Assembly: GCA_021613535.1 (NCBI GenBank)
Contig: CP075497.1
Location: 11,160,001 to 11,224,000, forward strand
Reading direction: 5' to 3'
Source of the DNA: Adineta vaga
Lineage: Eukaryota > Animalia > Rotifera
DNA: 64,000 bases
The notes below the pieces were generated by a model that worked only from the letters and a program-made list of their open reading frames with translations, did not search any database and was not told the origin of the DNA. Positions 1 to 13,924 of the stretch are shown here, piece after piece (positions within the stretch are counted from its first letter, which is position 1; every line of letters starts with the position of its first letter). Both the position numbers and the translations under genes were made by a program.

Positions 1-855
1 AATCTGATTCAAATGTTTTTTGGTTTATTTACACGAACATTAAATGTAGCTTTTGGTATCGATTGGTCAATCAATTCCTTAGCTTATTGTAAACTTCGAT
101 CTTACTTTTTTCAAGTCTGTTCAGCTTTATCTTATACTTGTATGACATTAGCAACAATTGATCAATATTTAGCAACATGTTCAAATCCATTGTGGCAACG
201 ATATAGTAATATTAAATTAGCACGATGGTTATTTTTAATATTTACAATTATTTGGATGTTACATGGCATTCCAGTCTTATATTTCTATGATCATCGTGTA
301 GCAAATACAACAAATCAAACGATTTGTACAATAACAAATGGAACATTTCAAAAATATTTTAGTTATTTTAATTTACTTATTTTACTTTGTTCTATGCCAA
401 TTTTTATTACGATTTTATTCGGAATTTTAGCTTATCGAAATGTTCAACATTTAACCTATCGAGCTGTTCCACTTGTTCGACGTGAGACAGACAAACAATT
501 GACAATTATGGTCTTAATTCAAGATGTTTATAATTTATTTTTTCTTCTACCTTACATTATTGTTTATGCAATACAATTGAACTTAAGTATCGATGTTGAT
601 TCGATTTATGCTGCACAAATCGAACTTGCTTCAGCTATTACAAGTGCTTTCTATTATATACCATTTTCTGTAAGTATTCATTTGATGAATGTATATGAAC
701 ATTGACTGCAATAATAATGATCTATTTAGAGTGCATTTTATATTTATGTATGTGTATCGGAACGATTTCGACGACAATTCCTTTATGTACTTTTCAAGAT
801 TCATATTAATCGATGTCGAAAAGATTTAGCAAGAAATCAAATCTTACCTGATTGA
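1..855 (+). CDS. Divergent class A (rhodopsin-like) GPCR, 5' end outside the window
   Basis: ORF 13..705 has multiple TM helices, the TM3 Cys (YCKLR) and a DRY-like motif (IDQYLATC). Intron 670..729 (gtaagt..tttag) joins a last exon SAFYIYVCVSERFRRQ...NQILPD* ending at 855 (TM7/helix 8). Confidence 0.85.
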
Positions 856-1726
856 TGAAAGATATGAATTAAAACTTGAAATTATCTCTGCTTATTCTTT
901 TTTGCTTTTTTAAATAAATGAACTAGATTTATCGACAGTAGTCTATATCAATCTCAAACGATTGAATATCTCGTGCTTAAGAAGGTATATTCTATAAGAT
1001 ACATGATTCTCAACAGAGACGTATGTAAATTAAATTGCGACATAGACTCGTTGAACTTCAAAAATGCCTTTTAAAGTGTAGGATTAAAATAGTACGAGAA
1101 AAGTAGTCATGTGATAAGTGATCATCAACTCGAATTTACCTTGTACACGAAAAGTAATCTTCTCTTACTTTAGTTCTATAATTAATATTACATTATCAAA
1201 AAAGTCGACTGTAAAAAACTTTGTCTTGCCATTGCTTAGATCTTTCTATTTATTCTCGAAATGAAAGAATATATCTGGCTAAAAGGTCATATATATACAT
1301 CCGTCACAATATCGCTCGATTAGAACTCTAACAAAAAGAGCATGGCTGGCAATCTGTTGAAGTCTAGATAAAAAAAAAACAGAATTGTCTTTCACAGATT
1401 TTTATCTAATTGAAAATGACAAACGAAAAAGATGGATATCAAGAAAATAGACTTAAAATAATGTCATAAAATGAGACAATGTAATATGTTATCTCTAAAC
1501 GAGTTTAAAATGCAATTAACCATTGAAATATTTTAAGTGAATATCACTTGATGTCAAATTCATTTTCTAACATAAACATGTCTTTTTACCACTATATTGA
1601 CAATTAACGTCTCATGCCTACGCCCACATCTCCATATATCTGCGTATATATATATATATAAACACAAAGACAAGCATTCTATATTCTCTTACATACAGAC
1701 ATACAGGCGTTCTAACGATTAGTATC

Positions 1727-2061
1727 ATGCATATTTATCACTATTGCTTATGCCTTTTGGCGTTCGTTATTGTCATGATCAAGTATGTTCATTTGATTGA
1801 AAAATAATATATATTCTTCTTGTTTAAATTTCTTAATTTAGCTCAAGATATATCGATCGATCCTTTGATAATGATCAAGAAGATGATGATTTTTATTTCC
1901 CAAGTAGTTATTATTTAAATCGTGCTTCTCGATCTTATGCTTTGGAACGATATTTACGCAATATGATCGCTCACGATAATGAAAAAGAAGATGATGCTGC
2001 ATCATTTGAAAGACGAGGCAAATCTATTACCAAAGGTGATCCACGAGAATTTATGGGTTAA
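1727..2061 (+). CDS. Neuropeptide precursor, 91 aa (signal peptide, acidic spacer, RR site, C-terminal GKSITKGDPREFM-G amidation signal)
   Basis: Exon 1 1727..1782 (MHIYHYCLCLLAFVIVMI), intron 1783..1841 (gtatgt..ttag), exon 2 1842..2061. The spliced CDS is 276 nt and open. It ends FERRGKSITKGDPREFMG*. Not in the ORF track. Confidence 0.8.
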
Positions 2062-3378
2062 ATATTGACTTTGTCTTTTTTCTATTATGTACTTCTCTTT
2101 TATTCAAAGAAAATAAATGAACAGTCAATCTATTGAGAAAAATTTCTCTATTCACTAATAGTACAGATATATTCGGTAGAATTCGAAAGCTTTATGTCAA
2201 CGGTAGACAATAAGAATCAATTTATTCTAATTGATTTACCGTACTATGTCTGTCAGTGCATCGACTGTCTGTAAAATTAATGTAATATATATCAATGATA
2301 GCATGCTTTCACATTGATCATAGTTGTGTTTAAACATTATTGTAAAAACATTTTGATCATCAAACTGACAAAAACAAACAATTCAAGTTAACATTTTCGA
2401 TGAATCATTCGATATCCTTCAGAAAAGAAAGAGACACATAACGTATATTTAATCGTCCATCAACGAGTAATTACGATCAATATCTAACTCCTCCACAAGA
2501 GAACATTACTATTTTTCTTGTTGTCTGATCATCATAGAACAGTAATAACTGAAAGATGACAATATACTTTGACATATACTTGATAGCGAGTTTTCCTAAT
2601 CGATTTCAAATAGGAAAAACATTAACGAAACTTTTGTTTTTCGAAGAAAAACTAAATGAGAAAAGATGCTTCAATTAATTCAAGATAATTATCATCTCTG
2701 TGATCATAGAGGTAGAAATTGATTACCAGTACTCTACTTTCTTTCTTTCAAAAGAATAATCTTATACATAATAGATATAATTGGGTATGGATGTGTTTGA
2801 TAGAATATTGATGTTTATAGATTTCGAAACTAGATTATCTCGTTATATTATTTATATGCGACTTAACAGAAAAGAATATAAGATGTGATTTATATTATGT
2901 AATAAACTATTCAAGTTGTTTAGAAATTCAAATGGTTTCTTTTCATTCATTGGATATATGGATACTGACGTCACTTGTAAATAGAACAACTTTCTTATTA
3001 AAGGATGCTATTACTCATACTTCATATTACACGAATACTGATTCTTTAATTCATAAATAAAACCATACAAAAGAAACACGAAATGCGAGCAGTCTTCTCT
3101 TCCCATCGAAATTAGTCATGTCGACATAAAAAATGTCTAATGAAGTATCGATAATAATTTATTTATTTGACATATTTGTTTTTATTCGTCATTGCAAATT
3201 TCATCTTGTTTAGATATACAACACATATAATAAAAGACAAAGTTATACATATATAACACTAATCTAACCAATGAGAGAAGAAAAGAAAAAGAAATTTAAA
3301 TGACTAAATCAATTGATCTTTATTTATTTTTTTCTCTCTCTTTAATACATCGAAGATTGTCTTTGATATTTCATATTA

Positions 3379-4834
3379 TTAACATGATATTAATCGACCA
3401 TGATATTTTGAACAGATATAACAACGTTCTTGAAACCATGTTCGTTGATTTGGTAAGATTAATCGATGAGAATTTGTACTTATTTGAAGTACACATGGTT
3501 TTGTCTGCTTGACGGATGTTGAAATCGGTGAATCTAATCGAAGTTCACCAATAGCAGCTCGTTGTGGAGGATCACTTTCTATATTGATTTTGAGAATTTG
3601 ATCACAATTAATACATTTTCTTTCTCCATTTACACACATACAAGATCGACATTTATCATTTGGTGGTGTAAACCATTTTGAACCTGGCGGAAAATAATAC
3701 AGCAATGGAATTGGTTGTGTTTTTTGTATAAGACAGGAACGATTACATGTTGAATGAAGAAATTCACATGATAAACGACCATCTAATGTACACGAACATT
3801 GTGTACATTTCTGATGATCAATCCAAGATGTTTCACGAGGTATTTCAATGTAACGACTGGATTTTTCACTAATATTTGAGGATACGATACGTTCAATTAA
3901 TATGCAATATTGCGGTATTGTACCGGATGAACATTGCTGTCGAATTCGTACTGTTGAAGCACGTCGTTGAATATTAATTGAAGGAGATGTATTACTCCTT
4001 GGATATGGATTATTTCTATTTGAATAAAAAAAATCAATTAGTAGGAAGTGTATTCAATCAGAAAACTACATTGATTAAATCTTGTTTTCTTTATCGGAAG
4101 TCACGACATATTTTTCTGATCACGTACTCATTTCCCGTGTTTTTTTACTCAAAATAGTTTTCCTTCTGATTGAAAAAAAAGAACAGTAATATTAATATTG
4201 AGAATTACCTCGATGTAAATAGCTGTGATCGAGTTGTTATTCTTCGTTGCTGTCGAGTTTTTGTCCGATTTCCTTTTAATACTGGTGGTTTTCGACATAA
4301 CCAATGACCATTTTTCGAACATTTACATCCCGTACAACTATCTCGTGAACGAACACGCATACCTATTCGATTTGCTGAACATATCACAGATCGTTGTCGG
4401 ACAGTAATTATATTTGGAATAGGCCATTTTGCTAAATCCTTTGGTGTTGGTGATGAACCATGAAATGGTCGAAGTAAAGTCAATGAATCAGCAATAGCAG
4501 TAGGAGGTTTGTCTGATCGTCGTTGACTATAAAAGATACGAACTTTACCTTGTTCACATACACAATACGGTGCACCTGGGATATCCATGCGACCCCAGGT
4601 GGCACCATTGATAAAACGTTGTCCTTGATGCCAACATTCACCTGATTCAAAATCAGGTCCTAACCATGTATAAAGTTGAATATCAACTGGACGACATTCA
4701 GCATTACTATCACCATTGGGTGGTGTGAGAACGAGACCTAAGCATTGCTGCTCAGGTCTCGATCCTAACAATAAGAGTAGGACAAACACAAGGAACAACA
4801 CACGACACGACAAAGTTCTACAAGAAAAGATCAA
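3379..4834 (-). CDS. Secreted protein with about 5 short Cys-rich VWC/pacifastin-like modules; start codon unresolved
   Basis: Hydrophobic N-terminus (VLFLVFVLLLLLG). Intron 4016..4208 joins the two ORFs in frame. Modules: CWHQGQRFINGATW..YCVCEQG, DSCTGCKCSKNGHWLC, WIDHQKCTQCSCTLDGRLSC, WFTPPNDKCRSCMCVNGERKC, WFQERCYICSKYHGRLISC. Confidence 0.7.
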
Positions 4835-7379
4835 TCTAATTCATTATTTATTCAAATTGATGATTTTATATTTCTTAATCTACTTACATTAAAACACAGA
4901 TCAGTGTAGAAGCCAGACTCTTTTTATACAGCTGATAATGTTGTTCGACAATGTGTCACTTCCAGATGATCGGATCTAAATGTCAATAATTCTAGACTTA
5001 TGATATCATCTACTTGTTCGTAAGTATCGATTGAGAAAAAGAAAAAGAAGAAGAAACAAATAAACAGAAATTCTGTCTAGAGATTTCTATGATTCTACTT
5101 TTCTTTTCTTTTTTCATAGAAAATATTCATCTATGATTCACACTCTTTCTTGCAATATTAGATTAAGTGCAAAGAAAAAGAAAAGAAAACGTTATTGCAC
5201 ATCAACATACAAGTCATTGTTTATAAGGTATACTCATACCGGATACATTAAAAAGCACTTGTCAATCAATGGTATGTCAATGTCTTGTTGGATTGCAATG
5301 TGTTTGGATAGAACTATATATATACAAGTCGAATTTGTTCTTCAAGGTAGCATCCAAATAATTCAAATGAATGGAAAATGAGAAGTCGTAGAAGAAAAGA
5401 AAAGAAAGGAGAAATACGATCAACATCAGCATATAATCTAAATGTTTGAATAAGCGTCAAAGTAATGTCCCTCTTGGTTTCAAGTAGATCAACATATAAA
5501 GACGGTACTTATCAATTAGAACAGAATACAAAGGCTTTCATATTTTTCAATACAAGCAATCTTGTAAAAAAAATGAAAACCGATCATATATATGAACATA
5601 ACCTACCTCTTCACTTTTCTCTTCTACGTTTTCAAACAAAAGTTACTAACGTCGTATTCTTTTACTTAAGTTTTCTTCTCTCTGAGAGAAAAAGAATTTC
5701 AAATTATTTCAAAGACTTCAGACAACACACAACAAGTAATCAGCTGTATATACATATACATATAAATGTCTCCTTTCCGTCTTTTTTTTTGTTCTATCAA
5801 TGAAAATATTTTGAAGAAAGAAAAAAAATGTCAAGAATTTATACCGAAAAAGAAAAACTCTTCATCTGAAGGTTCTCATTTAGCGTACATACTTCAAGTA
5901 TAATCTTGCATTTTTTTCTAATCTTCTTATGACTTCTAAGAAAAACAAAAATAATACTCAAAGAAAACAAATTTATCTCTTTTATCAATTTGTTTTCTAG
6001 AAAGCACGAAAAAAAGATCATTCTTGAAATCAGGACAACATTTTCGAAGGATTTCAATATCTAAGCAATGTATATGTCTGACTATAGGATACTCAATCTG
6101 ATATATTCTATCAAACGTCCTCAATTGCGAACTATAGAACGAACGACATGATACATTGATATTTATGCAGATGACAACGAGTCAACCAAGTATCTTTCAT
6201 TGCAAAATCAAATGAGACTGTTTTGTAATTTAGTCCGAGCGATCGACTCTGTTAACAATCCCATGTGGTTTTAATCGATATATATATACAAACATATCTG
6301 ATATAGCTCAGTGTGTATATTTTTTTATGGTTGATGGGTCAAAGTTAATCTATGTAGGAGGAATAAAAAAAGAAAAGAAAAGTTCTTCTAATCTATTGAG
6401 GAGAAAATGTAACATTTCTATTCTTATCAACATAGAATCTAAAGAAAAACAACTTATTTGATTATTTTCATGACAAAATGACAAATTCTTCTAATATTTA
6501 TCTTTTGGGAATCTTCATTGTTATTGTTTGTTTTTTATTAGTTTTCGTACCTTCGAGATGTTTCGATCCGAGAATAGTATTTGAACTCGAATTTGTTCTC
6601 TTGTTTTGTTTATCAAGTATTCAATAAGATACATGTATGAGACGAAGAAAAGAGAGAAAGTGATGGAATTTATATCTCATCATCATCATCATCTTCAATG
6701 GCATGCTCAGATTCCCTCTTTTCTCTCTCTCTCACATTTACAGCGTGCGACAATGACCTTCAAGCTTCTCGCGTCGATACATTCACACACACACGGAAGA
6801 CTAAATGCTAGAAGGCAGATTTTTCTCATCTATGAACATCTGATGGATTCATTCCTTCATAGTAATTATCACTAACTAAGAAAATTGAATTATGATTCTT
6901 TTGCTTTTCTCTGTCAAGGTTCTTCTTTTCCTCTCAATTACGGAAATCAAACAAAGCGGAGATTACCTGTTCGTGATCAGTTATGATAATGAATTAAGCA
7001 TGCGTCACACATACGATCATCACCTTGGTTTGAATAAGACAACCTTGACAAAAGATCTGCTTTATATACTCTATCATATATATATGTTATCCTTTAGTTG
7101 TGAATTACATATGTATGTGATATACAACTGAATAATCGATGAGAAGAAGAGGAAAAAAAGAAAGAATCCTATATACACAATGAAAGATCATAAATCACTC
7201 TAATATAGTTGTTTGTATAGTTGCAATATTTTACTCTTTATCATAACCATGACAACGAATGGTTTTTTTTCTTCATATGTAATTATATTGAAACAAAGGA
7301 GAGAAATTCTATTTATTTGTTCATTGTACACAAAGAAAAGAAAAAACTAAATTATTCGGATTTGGATGAAATTTTTTGA

Positions 7380-7649
7380 TTAATTCGTCTGTGCAGCACC
7401 ACCTGTACCTAAACAATGAAATAAATTTCAAATTTTTAAAGATAAAAATCTCCTACTTGATGTTGCTGTCATACTACTTTGAGCTGTTGCTGTTGGTAAT
7501 GTTTGTCCAGCTGTACCTGTTCCACTACCTGTTTGTCCGGCAGTTCCTCCTGTTTGATTTTGTGTTGCTAATTCACCAACTGTACCTGCAGTTCCTTGTC
7601 GTTCAGTTTCGGTAGATTGTTCTCCACTTGCTGATTTTTCACTTGACAT
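7380..7649 (-). CDS. Small (73 aa) Gly/Thr/Ser/Gln-rich low-complexity hydrophilic protein (hydrophilin-like)
   Basis: Exon 1 7649..7457, intron 7456..7409 (gtagg..gtttag), exon 2 7408..7380 (TGGAAQTN*). Repeated GTAG/TAGQT; no Cys or aromatic residues; GC-richer than the flanks. Confidence 0.65.
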
Positions 7650-9156
7650 GTTGCTTGAAAAGTTGAATAATGACGAAATGAAAGAAGAAAAAAAAGAAAC
7701 AACGCCATTATAATCATATGCTGAGTCAACAAATTGTTCTGTTATATTGAATAGAAACAGAACAAAACTAAATATGGCTTCATACTACTCAGTGATTTCT
7801 GTTCTTATCAAAGTACAATTACAATAGATCGTTTGACTTGCCATTGTTTATGAATCATTTCTGAAGAATTCTTTATTCTAGAAATGATTATGAAAGTAAC
7901 GTTCGTTATCTGCGGAGATTATTAAAACAATTCAATAATGAATGTAATTTCTTGTTTAATGCTCAGTCTTATCAATCACGAATGATTAGTCAGTAATTGT
8001 TCGATTGGAAATAAAGTACTGTCTTATTCCATTTCATAATTTTATTCTTTAAATAAAATGCCGTCCATCTGTTGTTTCATCTCCTTTGCAATTCATATGA
8101 GATGAATATATATTCTTAACTTTCTCTTTTCTTTTCTTTATTCTAACTTGTTGACGAATCAATTTCATTGAATGATCATCATCCATTCAATCCTAATCGA
8201 ACAGCACCTACACACAATCGTTAAAAATCATTTTAGAATTATAAATCTCTTCTCTTATATTCAATCAATGCTATTCTTTACTTTTCGCATCATAAAAACG
8301 TGCTTAGCTTCACTGAACACAAATATAGAAACTCATCAACAATCGATTATCGAACATTTTTATTTCTTTCGCTTATAGAAATATTCTCTTCCCGACTTTA
8401 AAATGAGAAAATAATCATAATGTTGTTCGTTCTTTCTCTCTCTCTTTCTCTCTTCTACCAAAAGAAATCAAATTTCTTGAGAAAGAACCATTCGTAAATT
8501 ATAATCTTTCATGTCATTTATCATCTATGTTACTTACTACCTGAATCGTCATTGAACTGTCTGCGTCTTTTTTTTTCTTACTCCAGAGTACTTATCAATA
8601 AAATTAGAGATGAAATATGTCATTTACCATCCACATCTCTTGGACAAAACTTAATTATCAAACTGATTGCATGTTTGTACCAATATCGTGAGTAAGAGGA
8701 AAGAAACGATTAAGTATTGAACAACTCTGTTAGAAGAAGAAATTGTCATGATGTCAAATAATTAAGAAGTTGTTTGTTGGTCATGAAAGGAAATGATTCA
8801 AGAGAAGAAAAAAATAAATTTTGCTCAAAGATCGATTGATTGTCTATACGCATTTCGTTTTGAATGATAAATTAACGAAAATCCTATAGATATATCATTG
8901 ATTAAAAGTTTTTCGTCTTTATTTAACAAGAAGAATCCACAATCAACAAAACTCGATGAAAACAGGTAAAAGATTTTTTGTTCGAGAAGATTTTTTTCGA
9001 TACGACGGGAGCGGATTGACAACCATTTTGTCTAAAGAGAGAAAAAACTGAAATTATCTTTTGAAGTTAAGAAAAAAATGATCATGCAATTAGTTTCACA
9101 TAACAAAAGAAGATTTATTAGATCAATACCAATCATTTATTTTTCTTTACTTTTTT

Positions 9157-12100
9157 TTAGGATTTTTCTGCATATGCTTTTAGATATCTAAATTTAATAA
9201 ATTCGATTTTCTATATCATTTCAAATGAAATGAAAAGAATCATATGAAAAATATGATTGTTTACCTTGAATAAGATTTAGGTAAGAGGAGACCTTTTTTG
9301 ATTGGTTTATCTTTAAGTATGCCTGTTAAACGATCTAATTGTGTAGCTGATAATCGTCCTTCATTAATCATTTCTGTATGAGCTGATCGTCGTACGAATT
9401 GCATTCGTTGATTGGCAACAATCATTGCTGGTGTGGATGGCAATGATTTTGTACGAGATAATTCCTGTTCGGATTGCCAATGAGCTGATACACTACGAGT
9501 TAGAGGAGGTGCACGTGTCCACCGATCAAAATCTTCGTTTCGGTGATTCCATTTACATGGTTCACGAATAATAATTGGAGACTGACTATCACGAATGCTT
9601 TGTTGATACCATTCATGTGGTGGCTAAAAGTTTAATTTGAATTTTTTGGTTTTTGAAATAAAAGAAAGATGGAGATTTACTTTAGATAATTCATCAAGTC
9701 GAGCTGAATCGGGAAGTTTAGGATGAACATTACATCTTTGACTTGAACGATAACCTGGAGTATCAATCCAATTTGATAAGGATTTCTCTTTAGATTTGAT
9801 TAAATCAAAATCAAATGGTGTACGAAGATTTCGATGAAAATCCATTACTGTTTCTTCGTTTGAATATGGTGAATAAGTAAGTGATGGATAATCAGGATTG
9901 AATGAAAATGAAACAGAATGATGATTCTATTTTTCAAAAGAAGAAAAAAAAAGAACAGAAATTTTTCAGTGAAATTAATTTCTATCAAACTTGTTGTAAA
10001 TAAGTTCGCATTTGTTCACGAGCATTTTCAATTGAATTCAATTTTTGTGTACTGTATGGATAAACTGGACCTGTTGTTGTGAAAAAAAGCGTATCATCAA
10101 TAGGACGATTTTCTCTATAAATAGAAGAAAAAAGAAGAAATGAGGTTTTAAATGTGCATTCATACTTACTTTAAACTAGTCAATCGAACACGTTCCATAT
10201 TTCTCGCAACGAAATCAATCTCCGGTGGTTGAGTATCATTGAAAGATGGAAAGGTTTGTCCTTCGATTGATTCTCCATGTGTACTATAATTATGTTCAAT
10301 AATTGGATGTTCTTCTTCGACGGAAGGTTGTGGAGGTGGAGTTGTCGATGGCAATCGATCATCAGTTGAAAATACTAAAAAAAGAATTAAATAAAATTTC
10401 GGATTTTCTTTGAAGGTTAAGAAGTACATTTGATTTCGTTTTCTGATAAAGGTACACCGAAATCTTTATTTAATGATGTAATCATTTTCATTGTTGGAAA
10501 TAATTGATATCGAGCCGAGGAATTTAATCTATGTACAAGAACAAGCTAAAGGAGATTTGAAGTAGATTATCGATACATGAAGACAAATATTTCACAAACT
10601 TGATGTAATTTTTCTAAGGCTTCAAATGTTTCTTTTGTTAAACTATTACGAATGAATATTAGTGGATGAGATACAATATTATTCAATGTTCGAGATAATC
10701 GAATATGGATTATATCAATACCAAACTTTACGTAGAGACGTTCATTAAAATGTACCGAAGAATCATAAAGTATTTCTATATCTAATCGCAAAAATAAATG
10801 AAAATTAGAGGATTTTTTTATTTATTTACTTTGTCCTTTTGGTTTCGGTATTGCTTCATAAAGCAGATCGATTGCTTCTTCTTTTCGACCTTCGAGAACA
10901 AAAATATGTTGTTCATCATCAAATAAATGAAATCCAGTAAGAATATTTAAATTCGTATTTTCTTGTTGAACACTAAATTAATTTAATAAGAGAATCACTT
11001 TTCTTTTTCATCGGAAATTTTTACTTACTCAGTTAATTTATATGTTGATAACGTTGTTACTTGTGCATGAACTGGTTGATTATCGAAATTCAATGCTTTA
11101 GCATTCAATATACGGATACATGTTTGAAGTGCAGTTAGAAATGTTGTATTATTATAGGGAAATACAAAAGCAATTCGAGAAAATGGTGCTATCTAAATTC
11201 ATAGAAGGAAATGATTTTTTTTATAGGAAGAAAATCAAGATCAATTTTACGATTGTTGTTGGTAATTGTCGATCATCTAAAAGACGATGTTCAATTTGTG
11301 GTACTAATGGTTTTGCTAATTTGACAAGAATTTTCATTTGAGTACCACTGGAAAGAAAATCTCCTTGTTGCATACTCAAATTTTCATTGAATAAGGAATG
11401 ATTTGCACCCGATGTTCGTCCTAAAACACAGATATTTATTCTATTTCTTTTCAATCAATGATTTACCTGAATGATTTCCAGGTGCATGACAAGGAACGAC
11501 TGGAATATAGAATTCTAACGATGTTTGCCCAAGCCATAATTCAGTTAAATCTAATTTTACACAACCATATGGATGCCAATTCAGTTCGTCTTTTGATTTA
11601 TGATATTTCAGTTTGCCTAATTGAGAAGAAACGAAATCGAAATTGAAGGATTGTTCAAAGATGCACTTACCAGAAACTCTTCCAATATCTTCATCGGTAC
11701 TTTCAGTTCCAAAAACACTTCCAATCCGTCTTCGAGCATGTTCACATTCATCTCGATCATGAAGTTCAATGTTAACAAATGGTGAATTACGAAAATGACT
11801 CAAAACATTTTCATCGATTAAATCTTCAAAAAAAAATCAAATAACTACCGATAATCATTATAAATTTTCTTTACTTGTTAAATAGATATGAGTATCATGC
11901 CAATAGATATGACGTGCTTGAGATTTCTTTGGTGTTTGATGAATAGGTTGACTGAATAATTGATACGAACAATAAACTGGTTCACATCTAAATAATATAC
12001 GATGAAGATATTTTCTTTTACAGATATAAGAAGAAATGAAACCTTTGTTTTAATTCCGTGTAGGAAATTGGTGTTGACGGCATATTTTCTGCATGACATA

Positions 12101-13832
12101 TAGTGATTGTTAATGGATTAAATTCTTTTGCTAGTGTGCCGTGCATTAATTCAGGATCTTCGATATTAATACTAACAAAACAGTCTTGAATAGCACGTGG
12201 TAATAATGGATCGTCACCGAGACGATAAGTGATTGTTTTATATCCTAATTGAAGTGGGAAAACAATGTAATTAATGTTTGATTGGAATATCTGAAATTTT
12301 ACCTGCAAAGATCAAATTACTCGGGATCACGATTTGTGCAATACCATTCAATTTTTTCTCGTCATTTTGTTTATTTGTTCTTGATCCTAAGAAATTGAAT
12401 TCAGAATATTTGATTTTCAAAAGATCAATCAAACCTTTTTTATGAACTACATTTTCCACCGGTTTAGTTTCAATTTTTTCAGGACTTTTCTTCAAAATTC
12501 CATGATGTGGACTCTGACTTGATTGTATCATAGTTCCATCAAGTGTCATTTTATTCTCTCCACTAAAATTTCTTATTCTTATCAAATTCAAACAATCTCA
12601 TCACAATTTACCTTAAACTTTCCATGGATGTTTCAAGAAAAACATCCGGCGATACAGGTGTTGATGGTCGTACATCTTCCATATCATCAACTAAAGTTTT
12701 TCCAATAATAATAATATACCAAACAATTCATCGAATCAACATACTTTTCTTCTGTAAAAATGGCGTTGGAGATGGTATTCTAATTGGCAATTTTCGTTGT
12801 AATTTATATAACAAGGGTTTCGCCACCCATTTATCCGCATAGTTTTGCGCCATACTCTGTACAATATTCTTCGGCGAATTTTCATTATCATCATCATCTA
12901 CAAAAAAACATCACAAATACAATTGAAAATATCTTTCATATAGATGTTATACTCATGGAATTTGCTGGAAGACGACCAATACGTGGTTTATCTAATTTCG
13001 TTCGTACTGTACAAAAATCTCTTCCATCCCAGATTTTCACGAGGATGTTTTGTGAAAGCAATGCTAATAAATGTTCACGATTCAATTCCAATTTATGACT
13101 AATTCAAAAGAATTTGATTATTTCATATTTCAACAAAGAAAAATCGTTTACATATGAGACCAAATGATCCAAACATTTTCATTTTCATCTTCCCATGTTG
13201 GTATAACATACGCTTTTTGACCATCAGGATAGATTTTTGCAGCTGTTCGAAATACAACAATATCATAGGCAACATTTGGTGCACCAGGTATTAATGAATA
13301 TTCAATACGATAATAACCCTATTTCATATTCTTGAACAATTAAGACGATTAGAATTCAAAGAGAATTTACTTGAATTTTCGTTGTTTCAGGTGTTCGTTT
13401 ATTTTTCAAAGGAATATTCTTTGGTATTGTTGATTCGTTGAATGTTAATGGAGGACCTTTTGGAATATGAAATCAAATAAATGAAGGGAAAGACAAATGA
13501 ATTCAAGGGAGAAAAAAGAGAAAGGTTGAAAGTGAATAGGAGATACACTGCAAGGTGATATGTGTTGAATAGCACACATGTAGAACCTTTTGAAAGATGA
13601 TCAATTCTAATGCTGATAGAAAAACTCTCGAAGAAGATAGAGCATTTCTGATAAAAACGAATGAAACTATTAAAATAATGAAAGATTTCGGGAAAAAAGC
13701 CTCAAACTTACCAGCAGGTACAGCTAAAGCAATACTAATTCGAATATTAACATGTGTGATTGAAGGGATTGACTCTGTCTCAATCACTTCTTGTTCAATT
13801 TCTTCTGTTGGTGATGATGAACTCGTTTCCAT
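9157..13832 (-). CDS. CFAP92: Cilia- and flagella-associated protein 92 (KIAA1257/DUF4550) homolog, many exons
   Basis: Exons encode YYRIEYSLIPG..DIVVFRTAAKIY..WIIWSH, ILVKIWDGKD, FNPLTITICHAENMPSTPISYTELKQRCEPVYCSYQLF, IELHDRD and HPYGCVKLDLTELWLGQ, which match CFAP92 as I recall it. The 3' end is either 9261 or, with one more intron, 9157 (YLKAYAEKS*). Confidence 0.8.
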
Positions 13833-13910
13833 AAATGTTTTAGTAATTATTTTTCTTTATTGAAAATAGAAGAAATCTATTGATCAGCATTTTTTTTCTA
13901 AATATGTGTT

Positions 13911-13924
13911 GTAACCATAGTTTT
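13911..13924 (-). promoter_or_regulatory. Degenerate RFX X-box (one good half-site) about 80 bp upstream of CFAP92
   Basis: + strand GTAACCATAGTTTT: GTAACC-AT half matches, the 3' half lacks AAC. Position fits a ciliary gene promoter. Confidence 0.3.

Noticed and set aside
1-2061. GPCR and adjacent neuropeptide as a receptor-ligand pair
   Set aside because: Adjacency is the only evidence, and the GPCR looks like a member of a large divergent expansion.
5133-7131. Short ORFs in the track (5133, 5465, 5839, 6606, 6892)
   Set aside because: Phe/Ile/Lys-rich translations typical of AT-rich non-coding DNA, with no motifs or splice support.
7243-7256. X-box-like ATAACCATGACAAC
   Set aside because: One mismatch and not upstream of any supported gene start.
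8049-8186. 45-aa minus-strand ORF MDDDHSMKLIRQQVRIKKRKEK preceded by an AG
   Set aside because: Too short, partly derived from a purine-rich tract, no recognisable similarity.
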